The notes under the pieces: model-generated | What the model saw: only the letters and a program-made list of their open reading frames with translations | Databases searched by the model: none | What the model was told of the DNA's origin: nothing | In this document: one piece after another, positions 49,619 through 63,378 of the stretch | How positions within the stretch are numbered: the first letter of the stretch is position 1 | How the letters are laid out: the number at the start of each line of letters is the position of its first letter | Origin: Podarcis pityusensis | Lineage: Eukaryota | DNA length: 64,000 nucleotides | Assembly (NCBI GenBank): GCA_964106645.2 | Contig: OZ067047.1 | Strand: one strand, 5' to 3' | Position numbers and translations under genes: made by a program

Positions 49619-49870
49619 AATAATAATAATAATAATTTATTATTTATACCCCGCCCATCTGGCTGGGTTTCCCCAGCCACTCTGGGCGGCTTCCAAAAGA
49701 ATATTAAAATACTATGATACATCAAACATTAAAAGCTTCCCTAAACAGGGCTGCCTTCAGATGTCTTCTAAAAGTCTGGTAGTTGTTGTTCTCTTTGACA
49801 TCTGGTGGGAGGGCGTTCCACAGGGAGGGCGCCACTACCGAGAAGGCCCTCTGCCTGGTTCCCTGTAACT
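49619..49870 (-). mobile_element. Young L2 LINE 3' end with TSD
   Basis: Minus-strand peptide QRAFSVVAPSLWNALPPDVKENNNYQTFRRHLKAALFREAF; (ATT)n tail; TSD tgctatat at 49611 and 49871. Confidence 0.85.
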
Positions 49871-52800
49871 TGCTATATTAGCATTTCAGCTGGAGGGAAC
49901 CTTAAACTTAGAATAATTTCTCAGTTATTCTAGATCTTGAAGAGAGAGCTGGTGATGATGGTTTTAAGCAAGGGTACAATCCAGTATTTGTTTAAAAAAG
50001 CATCTAATGGAATCAAACGAATATTGCACCAAGGAGACATAAGGAAAATTACTGCTATATACCACCAATGTTCCCACTTGAAGAAATATGTTTGCATAAT
50101 ATATCAAAGGAAGCATGAGTATTTCTCATTCCAAGAGGAAATTAATATTTCATTTTGAATTGAATTTTTGCCTTGAAATGGGAGGAGGGAATATTTGTTT
50201 TTACCTCTACTGTAACATCCTTTATATCATAATGTCAGTGGAAATGATATCAGGCACTTTGGGAATGAAGAACAATTCCAGCCATGAAAAGATCCTTCGA
50301 AAAAATATGCCTCCTGTTTAGTAAAGTTTTCTGCTTTGCTGTTGAAGTAAAATGCTCACTTCAGTGACTACAATACATACAACTGATACATCAAAACAAT
50401 ATGTGAAATTGTGATGTTTCTCCATACTATGACACTATTAAAAGTCTCCTAGAATGTTAGCTGTGCATTATCATTCTGTCAGAATCTTCATTATTCTGTG
50501 ATACGCTTTGTGTATTCATGCTTACAATGGGAGGATTTGCATATAATGTTGAACTACGGTTTAAACCTTAAACCATGATTAAGCATTATGAGGATGAGTT
50601 GCAATGAAGTTGGGCTTATAGACTCCCCTCTGCTCTGCTCCTCCAGGGTGGCCATGAGGAGTACCTATTTTATTTATCTACAGTTTAGCATTGGCTCCAG
50701 GCCCTAACTATGGTTCAGATGACATGTCAAGCTGTGATTAATCCAAAATGGAATCAAAAACGTCCAAACTCCTCCTTGTGGCCATTCCTGAGAAGATGTA
50801 AGTTTGTGGGTCATTTCTCATAACACTCAAGCATGTGCGGAAACTTTGCCCCCCCCCGATGTTGCCATACAACATTTCGTATCAGCTTCAGCAAGCCTGG
50901 GCAATGATCAGGAATGATGGGAGTTCTAGTTCAGCAACAGAGGAAAACCTAAAGGCGATTTCTTTGTAAGAAATGGTCGTAGAATTCATCACTCCTAGGG
51001 TTGCTGCCTTTGGTCAGGCAAACTAAAGGACAGGTTGGGCAATATAGGGACAGGTTGTGGGGGGATAGGGAGGCTAAAATTACTTTACATGGTGCAGAAA
51101 TGACTTCAAAGCAATTCCAGTCTTGCTCTTCAGCTGTCCACCCTTCCTCCTCACTGCCTGCGCAAACTCTACACTGGACTGGATAAACCAGGCCCATGCA
51201 AAATGGAATTTTAAAAAGTATGACTCTAGAGGTGAAAGAATGGCTCATTAGGTGCTATTAAATTGAAGTGCTTGTCTAAAGAAAGCAGCAGGTTTGTTTT
51301 GTTTCAAAGGGTCTTGCCAAGAAACTCCTGGGCAAAAAAACTTTGAGAAATAAAGCACAGCTTATTGTCATTGCAAAAGACTGTTCTTAAGCGCTTGCTG
51401 CTCTTTCAGAATGAAATCTTTTCCAAAAGGCAATGCACAAGCTCAAAAATAACATAAGGTGTTAGATTCTGATACTAATTGAAGGAGAATTTACAGAAGG
51501 TGCCCTTCATGGTAGCTCTGTAGTGCTATTAATTCAAGCAGTTCTATAAAACTGATTGTATGCAACTCCACTTAAAAACCCACAAGTAACTGACTGGATC
51601 AAACCGGTATGCAAACAGTTTCGTGAGAGAGTTTTATATCAAAAATCAAGCTTGGAGTACTTCAAACCACCCACCCTCCCAGAACGTTGTTCTGAAATCT
51701 TGCAGGTTGTAATAATTCAGGAGACACACAGGGGAAGCTGTGGTCATAACCATTAGAATAATCTAGGTCATAATTAATTCAGCATTTCGCTTAAATATTT
51801 ATATAGTGAAAGGAAGACTTGCTAACAAAATCTCTACAGACCTTAAGAGAAGATGGGCCAGTGATAAAACTGTTGAAAGCTGCCATTTTAACAGCACCAG
51901 ATTAGTTCAAATCCTGGCCGTAATTTGTCTGGTGGGATTTTCAACACACAGCCTTTCATGATGAATTTACTCTGTTTAATGTACTCTTTTAATTTTTCAT
52001 TTAATAATGGAAACTAGAGTTAGGCCTCTATTGAATTCATTCCCCTTTATTTTTTAAAAAAGGTCGTATTTGCATAAAATAAATAAAACAACCCCATGAT
52101 ATTTGGAGCTGGATGCCATTTGCCCATCAACTTTGGAATCACCTCTCCCACCAGGTCTTCCAAAGTTTGAATGCTTATTTTCCAGTGGTTATATAAGTTT
52201 CTGATTTCACCACTGCAGGACAGAGCAGTGTTGCTTTTTGCTGGAAGCTGCCTTCTGTTACATCCTCAGCTCAGCTAGGCCAGCAGGTTGGTTGGAAGGA
52301 AGCACTGAAAAGAGCCATACCTCAGTGGTAGAACATATATTTTATCGCAGGATGGACCCTCCTGCTGTTCTATCAACCCAACTAGCATGATTGTGGGAAT
52401 TAGAAGTCATGGGAAGATAAGAAAAGCCTGCTGTATCAGGCCAAAGGTTCATCTAATCTACATCATACATATGAGAAGAAGCCTGCAAGCAGGGCCAACA
52501 ACATCTGGAGGGCCACAGGTTGCACAACCTTACTTTGTGTATGCATCATTTCTCCTAAAATATCCCAAAGCAATTTCACAGTAAGAACATCAGCAATAAA
52601 AACAATGAAAAATAATTCCCCTTGACAAAAACAATTTCAGATTTCAAATCCGATACATCCAGAAACGGGTGCAGCAACAAGCTTTTTCTTTTCTTTTTCT
52701 TTTGAGGGGATGGGTACCAATTTGTGAATGAGTAAAAACTTGTTTGCAAGGGAATCAGTGACAATTCTTCCTCACGTTGGGCTGCACACCGAGAATACAT

Positions 52801-52880
52801 CCCATTGAAAGCAATGCCAAGCAGTGGTATGACATCCTGTCTCAGAAATATAGATGTTGTTTTTCTGCACTGCATGACAG

Positions 52881-53046
52881 GGGAAGAATTATAGTTCAGT
52901 TGTAGAGCACCTGCTTTGTATGCAGAAGATCCCAGGTTCAACCCCAGCATCTTCAGGCATGGATGGAGAGCAACCACTGCCTGAAACTGTGCAGAGTCAT
53001 TGCCGCTCAATGTAGACATTATTGAGCTTGATGGGCCAATGGTCTA
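52881..53046 (+). mobile_element. tRNA-Ala(TGC)-like SINE
   Basis: tagttcagttgtagagcacctgctttgtatgcagaagatcccaggttcaaccccagcatc head plus the tail shared with the 20520 copy. Confidence 0.65.
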
Positions 53047-54642
53047 AAACAGTTTTCTACATTCCTTTGGATAAGCACCCCGATGTGGAGACTGTTCCTG
53101 TGGTGAAGCTCTGCTCCTTCCTAAAAAGCAGCAGTGTCAGGGAAAAATATCTATGAACATTCATGAAACAGTGTGAAAGAGTGCAAGGTATGTTATTTTT
53201 TCCTGCAGAGATCTTCACATATCCTGAAGCTGCAATTTTCACAGCAAAATTGAATCTCATGAAAGATTGAGCTCAGAACGTTTTGACAGTCCTCTGTAAT
53301 TCACCTGTGCATAGGCTATAACATCATGCATTAAACATTGCTCTTTTTCTTGACCTATGGCCAGCCAGCATAATGCAAATACTTGATACAGGTTGGAGAC
53401 GTCAGAGGTTCATTAAGGAGCAGGGCTAGTGACTTGATATCATGGGCTCCATATAGATAACAACGATTTTACAGACAGAAATTGCTTTTAATGGTTTCTG
53501 GTATCCAAAATGGAAGCTAATTGAGTTGAAAAAGTTCCAAAATATTTTGAACATCTGTTTAGAAATGTACCCGCAGGATATGACTCATGTTGCAATAAAT
53601 GGGGATACTTCAGTTAAGAAAATTATAGCTTTTAAGTGGCAGCAAATGCCATCCTCTCCCATTGCAACTCATACATTTCCCAAGGAGTGAAGAACAGATG
53701 CAGACAATTTATAAGGCTTTTAATGAAAATTCTAGCGCAGATCACTGGAGTGATATTGTGCTCATCAGTCATTACTAAGGCTTACTAGGAATTTTATTTA
53801 TTTGTATCTTCTCATAAACATGGCAAATGCAGTAATTAATTTGGGTAGCTTTTAGGCATCACAAAATTTGCATGCTTCCTGTCTTTTAAAAAAAGATGGT
53901 TGAATTGTGCTTCATAAAAGTTTGAGACACAGCCCAGATCAAATCAACCTTATGCTTCCCTTGATTTCAATGGGATGTACTGAAGTATATGCCTAACGCT
54001 TTAAAATAGTAGGTATTGGCTTTGCCCACGTTTAGCTGAATTCTGACACAGAGTAGTTACTGCACGAGTGCTGAGTTGTTCCACATATTTTCTTAGGGGT
54101 TAGCTATGGATGATAGACCAGCCAAGGTCCATTCATCAGGTCCTCTTCAGTCATTATAAAACTCTCAACATGTAGATTTGCTGCAGCACTCTCCAATCGT
54201 GACCACTGAAAGGGGTGGTTGCCTCCCTGTTCTTAAAAAGCTTCCTGTGGTCAAAACCCCACTTACAAGCCCCCTTCAGACTCTTGTTGCATAATCCTGA
54301 AACATTGGGGTGGAAGGAACAGGACTAGCACATCTTGTCTCACATCTCCAAATGCTGAAAAAAGGAAGAAGTGCCTGAAGAGGGCAAACGTCTACCTAGA
54401 AGAGATGAATGACTAACTTGGGCTGATTTTGTAATACATGGATTGACTAGCTCAAGGTCACCAAGTGAGCTTCATGGATTAGTGGGGATTTGAACCCTGG
54501 TCTTCCAGGTTCTAGCCGGCATTTGAACTACTTTTCCAATTCACCACTTGATAATTTGCCAGTGTAACATGAATGGGCCTCATAACAAGAATGCAATGTG
54601 TCTCAGTGTCTGTTATGAAAGTCCTTAATTCTTGTCCATGTA

Positions 54643-54884
54643 CAGTGGTACCTCAGGTTACAGACGCTTCATGTTACAGACGCTTCAGTTTACAGTCTCT
54701 GCTAACCCAGAAATAGTACCTCAGGTTAAGAACTTTGTTTCAGGATGAGAACAGAAATCACATAGCTGTGGTGCGGCGGCAGCGGGAGGCTCCATTACCT
54801 AAAGTGGTGCTTCAGGTTAAGAACAGTTTCAGATTAAGAACGGACCTCCGGAATGAATTAAGTTCTTAACCCGAGGTACCACCG
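54643..54884. mobile_element. Tigger-like Tc1/mariner MITE
   Basis: TIRs cagtggtacctcaggtta / taacccgaggtaccaccg; TA on the left. Confidence 0.85.
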
Positions 54885-56788
54885 CACAAGGATTCTCATA
54901 CGTCAGGCAACACTGACAGGCAAGAAACCAGCCCAGCGTTCTCTTAGCTCCAGTTGGAACCCCTTTTGTATGGTAACCTAAGTTGTCCTTTTGAACAGGG
55001 CAGTTTTCTTTCCTCAACATGTGCCATGAATGGGTCAGTGATGACTATTTGATGCTAGCAGCAAAATTAAAAGAAGTCTCTGACCTGAAGAGCTTTTGCC
55101 CTATGAATGGTAAGGAAATTGGCTGGGCAAGCTTCTACAAAGATGTTAGCTACTGTAGGGGAGAACTGGCAAAGTGAGTGTTAACACTTGCATGCATCCT
55201 AATATTTTTCTATCTCAGAAGAAAAACTCTCTTAAATTAATTATTTTCAATTAAATTTCAACATGTTGCTTCCCTAATGTAACAATAAAATCTTATCTGG
55301 ATCCAGTCCTTGCATCTACAAACTAATGTCAACTCTGCCCTTGTTCTAAACTGCAGACTTGTCATTCTGACATGTTTTTTTCTTTATATATGCTCTCTCT
55401 CTCTTTTGGTAAGTTTCTTCTGAATCTACTCCCCATGGTGGCAAAAAAGGAGGTCTTGATATGGACAATTCATTAGTAAATAGCAAAAAGAGAAAGTAAC
55501 ATGGATAGTTCACGACTTCCTGTCAAAACACGTGCTATGTCTAAATAAGATGACAGGTTTGATCCCAAGGAGAAATAAAAAGTGACTGTTTAATCACAAA
55601 CCAGAAATGGACAAAGACAGCTGGCTGCCCTGTTGCTAGGCTGGATGCACTGGACTGGACCACTGCTCTGATTCAGTATAAAACATCACCAAAATATGCC
55701 TGAAAATCAACAGGTGAATCTCTGCTGAATCTCTGCTGAAAGACTATTCCACCACATGGGACTGGTGATGCTAAATGCTAAACTTTTAGCCGACAGGCAT
55801 CTGTGATGCAGGGGACAGCAAATTAATTTTAATTTTAATTAAGGGATTTCCTACCTATTTCCCATAAGTTGAGCACTCTCTAAACTTTTATAATGATAGG
55901 CATTTAACACGTAGGCTGTCCACTATTTTTAGAAAGGTGTTGGGTAATGAGATGTTTGCTGGAAATTTTTTCAAAAGGGAGAAGCAGATTTTTTTTAAGC
56001 AATCAGTTTATGACTATGTATATGAATACTGTATGTATTATTTTTGAATTATTGTCCCATCTAGCTAAGTAATCTAAGTTTCACAAGGTCATGGGAAGGG
56101 GTCTTTATAAGTCCTGCTACCCAAATTTCTTATTAACTTAAGACACCCAAGATTGAATTTGTAGCCTGTTTGGTCTGTTACTGAGGTTTGCCCCCTGCCC
56201 CGCAAATCTCTGTCAGACTTCAGACTCCCAAACAAACAATGAAAAGTACCAGGCTGCTGAAAGAAGCAATGTGAAAACATAAAACATGCGTTGGCAGCTG
56301 AAAATAAATAATCTGGAAAATGAGCTGGAGTCCATTGAGCTGAAGGAGAAGCACACTTTGAATTCAGTGAAAACTGAACAGAGAAAAGTTTTTCATTAGT
56401 ACCAGCTAGACGAATTCTCAAAAGAAATGGCAGTTTGGACTCACTTTTCTTTATGAGACATATTCATGTTGACCCCTCCCCCCAAGTAAAAATAGTTTCC
56501 TTTCTCTGTTGATGGTTTATTCAGTGGTGAGTCTCTTTTTTGAGATGTTAAGAGATCAGAAGACTTTGAGGTGGGGGTTGTTGCAAATTTGCACATCAAG
56601 CTCAGTTTTCTGAGCCTTGCATTTTCCATAGAAGCAAATCTTTCCTTTGATTCTCCTTCATTTTTCAATGTGTTATATTTTATTTTCACTGAATAAATAT
56701 TTTCTTGACTCCCCCCCCCCCCGACAATAGAGATTTATTGGTTTGTGTGTCCAAACTATTCCTATCAAGGTGGTTTGAGATGATAATA

Positions 56789-57030
56789 CATTGGTACCTC
56801 TGGTTATGAACTTAATTTGTTCCGCACGTCCATTCTTAAGCTGAAACCATTCTTTTTCTGCAGCACACTTTCACTAATGGGGCCTCCCGCTGCACGCGCG
56901 CCTCTGGCGCATGATTTCCGTTCGCATCCTGGGGCAAAGTTCACAACCAGGAGCAGCTACTTCCAGGTTAGCAGAGCTCATAACCTGAAACATTTGTAAC
57001 CAGAAGTGTTTGTAACCAGAGGTACCACTG
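56789..57030. mobile_element. Tigger-like Tc1/mariner MITE
   Basis: TIRs cattggtacctctggtta / taaccagaggtaccactg; TA on both sides. Confidence 0.85.
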
Positions 57031-57032
57031 TA

Positions 57033-58100
57033 GATTATTTGGAGCCATTTCAATCTGGTTTCCATGTTGTTTATGGGATAAAGACTCCTTCGGCTACTTT
57101 AACAAACAACCTGAACCACAGCCAAACAGGAGGTGTGTTCCTGCAGATTCTCCAGGATCTCTTTTTGCTACCATCATTCATGGTGTCCTTCAGGACTTCC
57201 TGTGTAGATTGGGGCCCTGCTTAGCAGTAGTTCCACTCCTACTTTGTGGGACGGTTGCTTTAAGGAAAGTGTCACATGGAGTCCTATAGCAATCCATCTT
57301 GTCTCCCATACTTTTAAACATCTACATGATTCTATGATTTTGGTAGCATTGTTTGATTCATAATGCATTTCTCCATTTGCTCTATAACAAGTATCAAGTC
57401 CTTCTCAATGTGAAAGCCTGCCAGAAGTCTATAATGTATTGGTTGGCTGGTAAACAGAAACTAAATCCAGACAAGACAAAAATGAAAATGGGTGCATGAG
57501 TATAGATATAGGAGATACCTATTCTCAGTCAGGCATTCTGGAAGTGCTGTGCTCCATTCAGGGGATGGTTATGACTAAGAATGTTTTCTTTCAGCTTGGA
57601 CTGATTGCCAACTTCATCCATTTCTGGAGGCAAAGAATTTATCTTCTTCTGTGCATTCTGTGGTAACTTCCTGGATCCACAGTTGTAGCATGGCTTATGT
57701 GAACCTGACATTGAAGAAAATTTGAAAACTCAGTCTGGTCCAGAATGCAACAGCCCAACTCTTAGTTGGAAATAGTTGCCCAGTACATATAACAACAATT
57801 TTTAATGGTCTTCACTTTTTTCCCTGGGATAAAATCAAGGTATGCTTAAAAATACAATTTTTAATTTGAGAATGCCTTATGGAATTATTTCCTTTGTGGG
57901 AAATGCCTTTTCACTAGGGAAGTAAGACATTCTGGAGAGTCACTTATTCAGATACTACTGCAACCAACTTTAATATTTCTATTGATAGGAAGAGGTCCTT
58001 TTCAGTTATCTGAGTGGTGTTCTAGACTTTCTCCCCAATATGGGATTCAGCAGGCCTGTTCAAAACACTGCAGAAAGCCTTTCTTTGTTCTCAAACTTTT
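57033..58100 (+). mobile_element. Ancient degenerate L2 RT remnant
   Basis: DYLEPFQSGF motif, KLNPDKT-like segment at about 57460 and LVQNA-like segment at about 57735; many stops and indels. Confidence 0.6.
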
Positions 58101-58367
58101 TGTCACGATGAGAAGAATTGCCTTTAACACATCACCATTTTAGTAATAATGAAGAAACTGTTTGATTAATGAACATTTAAGAAATTTTATAATTGCAGCC
58201 ACTAATTGATAATTGCAGCCACTAATTTGCATTAGTCGGGTCTTGTTATATTCTCTATCATGCCATAAACTGTGATTCTTTGTACCAACATCCAAACCAT
58301 AGTATGGGGAGCACTTAAAAACAACTGCTGTGGTTATGACTAGACATCCATACAGTTCCTCATTTAA

Positions 58368-58823
58368 TTTTTTTTTTTTTTATAAAATTTTATTAGGGTT
58401 TAACATACAGAATAAATATAGTAAACAGTATAGCATATATCTTAACATAGTTTCATACCTTCTTTGGACTCCCTCGCATCTCCCGCTCCCACTTTCATTG
58501 TTATAACTTTTTGCCAGCAATTTATCATCTTATTTACATTCTTATGTCCCATCTATTTATTTATAATCTTGTAATTTTCAAAATAAAATTGTATTTTCTC
58601 AATCTCACTTATCATCTTAAATCATCTAATTTAGTGGTGCTCGATTATTTACGATCTAGCATCCTGTTTAACATTCATTCAAATTACAGTATTTTTGTAA
58701 ATAAATCTTGAATTTCTTCCAATCCTCCTCCATCGTCTCCTCTCCCAGGTCACGGATTCTGCCAGTCATCTCGGCCAGTTCCATATAGTCTATCAGTTGC
58801 ATCTGCCATTCTTCCAGTGTGGG
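58368..58823 (-). mobile_element. Short 5'-truncated L1 with poly(A) and TSD
   Basis: Minus-strand peptide PTLEEWQMQLIDYMELAEMTGRIRDLGEETMEEDWKKFKIYLQKYC; 16-bp TSD acagttcctcatttaa at 58352-58367 and 58824-58839. Confidence 0.9.
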
Positions 58824-59516
58824 ACAGTTCCTCATTTAAATTACTCATTTAAATGTGGACTGACATGATGGGAATGTAGTTCGCCATTTGCCTACAAGTC
58901 ATGTGAATGGTCCATCACCTTTAAAGTCACACCTGGTCTCAGAAAGATGTGTGTGCAAAAGAATTAACAGACACAGGCCATGAAAGCTAGACTATTGTTA
59001 TAAGGTGATTTCCTTCTTTGATGTTATCTTTACTGATATCTTAGTTTTCTCCCTCTGAGGTTACCACCTGTGATTTTTTTTCCTGTTTGAAATGTTCAAA
59101 TTCTTTTATTCCAGAGCAAGGCACATGGAAGTTCAAGTATGCATACTATTGTTTGGGGAAAGACAGAACAGTATCTCAGCCCAGTCAGTTGCAACAACTG
59201 ACAAGACTGCAGCGATGTATCAGTTTAGACAGTAAGGCAGACAATGTAGCCTAATTTAAACAGCCTGTCTGGTCAAACTGGAAATGAAGCACTGATGAAG
59301 CTCAAACTGTAAAGTTACCCAACTGTCTGTTCCAGCTTTAGCTACATAGTATGTGACAGACCAGATCAACGCAACGGTCCATCAAACCTGCTATTCTGCA
59401 TCTTTCCTATGGTGCGGTAAGTTACAGGAAAAGAGATGGAAAATCCATAATGTACCCTACTTACATATCTTGCATTTGCTTCTTCTCAAGCTCCACCTAA
59501 TTATAAATAGCATATA

Positions 59517-59777
59517 CAGTGGTACCTCAGGTTAAGTACTTAATTCGTTCCGGAGGTCAGTTCTTAACCTGAAACTGTTCTTAACCTAAAGCACCACTTT
59601 AGCTAATGGGGCCTCCTGCTGCCACCGTGCTGCTGGAGCATGATTTCTGTTCTCATCCTGAAGCAAAGTTCTCATCCTGAAGCAAAGTTCTTAACCTGAA
59701 GCACTATTTCTGGGTTAGCGGAGTCTGTAACCTGAAGCGTATGTAACCTGAAGCATATGTAACCCGAGGTACCACTG
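59517..59777. mobile_element. Tigger-like Tc1/mariner MITE
   Basis: TIRs cagtggtacctcaggtta / taacccgaggtaccactg; TA TSD; internal 21-bp tandem duplication. Confidence 0.88.
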
Positions 59778-62256
59778 TATAGGATAAAGTTGGTTTCAGT
59801 GAAATTCATGTACTATGTCAAAGAGAACCTAAATTTTCAACACTGTATGAAAAATGTAGGGACAGCTGTATTCTCTCTGTGCCTTGGCTGCACTGTGTGG
59901 GGTCACTCTGTTGGACAATTCATTCATTCTGAATTTGGTTTAACTAGCAGAATTGCTAAAATTAATTAGGAAACTGAAGCTTCTATGGTTTGCTGTGGCT
60001 TGAATTGTTTTCCTCCTACAGTGTACACATGAAAAACACTGCAAGCAAGCAAGCAAAGTTTTCATCAGATGATTGTACTTGTGGCTGTGTCAAGATTCTT
60101 TTGGTGCAGAGTTTTGCTGATGTGTGCAACAGTAAAACATTGCAGAAAAAGGCTTTCGATACACCCTTTGTACTATAACATTGGAAGAGAACATTGTTTT
60201 TATAAAGACCCTTATTGTGTAACACACACCTTCACCTCAGTACTTCCAATGTAGCACTAAAGGTAGTTGTTATTTATATGCTTCAAACAATGATACTAGG
60301 CTGTGTACGTATCAAACATTTAAAGCACATTGGAGCATAGAATCCTGGGAAATTTAGTTTAGATCTCACAGAACTATGGTTCTCAGCTCTTTTAACAAAC
60401 TATAGTTCCCAGTATTCTTTGGGGAGGGGAGCGTGGTTTAAGTGTGCTTTAAACGTATGGTGCACATGCAGCCCTAAAAATCCAGTCACAGGAAAAAATT
60501 ATATGAAGGCTGCAAATCTGGAACCTTATTAAGGTCCGAAATAAGTCACGCAAGACTTAGATTCTCATGCACCCTTCCCCTTTCTCAAGAGGCTGTGAGG
60601 AAAGCTTTTCACTTTCAGTTTAGATTAACTATAGATTGCTGTGTCACTGAAACCAACTAACTATGGTTTATCTGAACTGCATTTTATTTGAAACAAGCAA
60701 ATATCAAACTTTAATTAATGAAGCTGGTTTTTTTTGTTTTTTTTGTTTAAACATGGTTAACTTTGCCACAGTTTAAGATCTGGACAATATAGTGAATTGT
60801 GTTTAATAGACATTTAAGCAAAACCTAGTTGCCACCTCCTTGTAGTCAGACCAGAGAAAGAGATCACAAGCGCATAATTATTGTTGCAACTTGTTCTCGT
60901 TATGGTTCATCTTGACCTACAAATGTAGCCACTATCTTTTACATAAAAAGTTAAACAACTCAAAAGCAGTTTCTGATCATCCCGACTTATTTCTGAGTAG
61001 ATACATAGAGAATCCCACCTTGAATAATATAACCAACTTCCAAATGTCTGGAAGAGGACTTCCTCATAGGCCTGACTTTCAAAATTTATTTTAGAAATGA
61101 AACCCTGCATTGATGACATTTAAAATGACATCATTAGTTCAAGGCAGCTCTGACCTGTTGTGTGAAAGTAATCTTAGAAAAAGTTGCAGGCCAGAATATT
61201 TCTGAACTGAAATTTTGCCTAAACCACAAGGCAACATACTGTAAATCCTATTTGAAATGCTCCCAATATTGAATAATACACGCTTAGCAGAACATCTAAA
61301 GGCTTATTTCAGATTTATTGAGTAAAATGTCAAACCACCCATAGACTTGGACAGGGCTGAAATGTCAGATGTGTTCTTATTACAAAGTGGATGATTTATT
61401 ATGAATCATTTATCATTTATTATGATGTATATGAATAGAGATTCAAAATCTGGGTATTCTTAAAAGCATAATTAAACTGGCAGCATTGGTAAATACATAC
61501 TGACAATTTCTATTTTAAGAATGAGTTGCTTACTTGCAGCACATCTAAGATTAGTTAATAATCCTATTTTGTCCCTGGTAGTAACCATGTCGTTTTCCAT
61601 TTCCGTTTAAATATTTGGAATGAGTTGTGGGTTTGGAATGAAGCTGGAAAGTTCCAGATGGGCCCTTATTTACAGACACAAACTCTTGTTAATTGAAAAG
61701 TCAATCTTCTTTGGTCCTAATCCAGTGAAGTGTGATCTGCATGCACAATCAGGGGTTTCTGTGAGGATGTGGAATGAGGTAATGTAGGGCTGAAAAAGTC
61801 CTCTGAAACTAGTAATGGTGTGTAGGGGACCCAGATCACATTTCTCTATTCATGTGCATCTATTGCCCCTACAGGGGAAGGAATGTGCTGGTTCTTGCCA
61901 AGTCTGATTCAGGATGGGTAAAGGGATGTTTATGGTTCCCATTTATCACACGTGTGGTTTTTATTATTTTATTTTACACTAACACACATGCACACACACA
62001 CGGCTTTTAAACTGAGTATTAATCACCCACCAGAGTTTTTGTTGTAGCCACTGAGGCACCTCGCCAGGCTACAGCATACCGATACAGGCCAGAGACAGTA
62101 GTGAAGATGGGGAGATGTTCACGTTAGAACCCTGCAAATGCACAGTTGTTGACCAGATGGCCACCCCAGTGTGGCTATGGGCTGTTGGCATCATCAGGGG
62201 CAACGATCCAGTCCATGCCATGAAGATGCTGGGAGTGACTGTGTAAATACCCTGGT

Positions 62257-62764
62257 TGTCAGGCTGCAGGGAATCCGATCCCTCCCACGGTGGGCAGCCA
62301 ATAATTAGGTAAACAAGAAGAGTTTTTACCAAGTCTTTTATTCACTATTCACAGAGAGAGGCTTAGAAAAGGTGCCCCTATTGCAGTAATGGTGTTTCTC
62401 TGATTAAAGCCCCCTCCCCTTTGTCTTTCCTATTATACATCATCCCTGTGTTGGCTGAACTGTGCTTTCTGCTTCTGAGCTTTCTGTTCTCCTACTTTCA
62501 ATGCCCGGCGAGTTCTGAAAAGGGGGGGGGGGTGTCTGGAAAGTTTTCTAAAGACACTTAGTCTATCAGCTGTCTCTCCCCTGGTGCTTCTTCTTCCTGC
62601 TCCTCTCCCAATATTTCCCAGCTTCTCACCTCTGCAGCCTCTGAGTTGCGATGTTCCACAAACCCCTGTTGTAAATCTATACTGTCTCCCTCCTCTCTGA
62701 CAGGTTCAGGCTGAGGAGGTGGTATCTATCATTCCTCCCCCTCCTCTGCCCAGTCCCTGACACA
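62257..62764 (-). mobile_element. Probable solo LTR
   Basis: TGTCAGG...CCTGACA(CA) termini, ctggt on both sides (62252-62256, 62765-62769), minus-strand AATAAA at about 62337. Confidence 0.6.
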
Positions 62765-62807
62765 CTGGTGCAGATACTTCCTCCTCCACCTCCTCTTCCT
62801 CCTCCTC

Positions 62808-62809
<2 letters not shown>

Positions 62810-62839
<30 letters not shown>

Positions 62840-62873
62840 CTTCTTCTTCTTCTTCTTCTTCTTCTTCTTCTTC
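62810..62873. repeat. (TTC)n microsatellite, the expanded tail of the adjacent L2 fragment
   Basis: About 21 units seen directly. Confidence 0.95.
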
Positions 62874-62940
62874 ATTTATATACTACCCTATACCTGTACA
62901 TCTCAGGGCAGTACACAACATAAATCATAATCTAAAAAAC

Positions 62941-63378
62941 CAGGGCCATCTTTAGCAGATGCGTCACTGGGGTACAAATATCCACCCAGTGCCCCCAAAT
63001 TACCACGGATGGGGGGGGGGGAGAAGCTGCGCACTGCCAGCCATGGGGGGGGGGGGTTTGCAACTCTCCCCCATGCCGCTGCGGGAGAGCGATCCTCGCA
63101 GAGTCTTGAGAAGGAAGTTGCATGCCCGCCAGCCATATAGTTGGCGGGGCGCAGCTTCCACCCTTAGCTTCTGCAGGGATCTCTCTCCTCCCGCAGAGGC
63201 TTGGGAAGGAAGCTGCATGCCCACCAGCCATATGGTTGGCAGGGCGCAGCTGGAGGGCATGCAGGGAAAGGGGAGGCCCCCGGCAAAGCCACGCAGCTCC
63301 CGCACTCGCTGGGGCACCCCTGAGAGGCCGATGCCCTGGCGCAATGCACCGCTAAGCCCTATGGGAAAGACAGCTCTG
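62941..63378. mobile_element. GC-rich non-autonomous hAT element nested in an L2 3' end
   Basis: Perfect 8-bp TSD taaaaaac (62933-62940, 63379-63386); imperfect TIR cagggccatcttt / aaagacagctctg; the flanks join to match the L2 at 25165-25275. Confidence 0.8.

Noticed and set aside
52885-52955. Functional tRNA-Ala gene
   Set aside because: Degenerate stems and anticodon, and it continues into a SINE body shared with other copies
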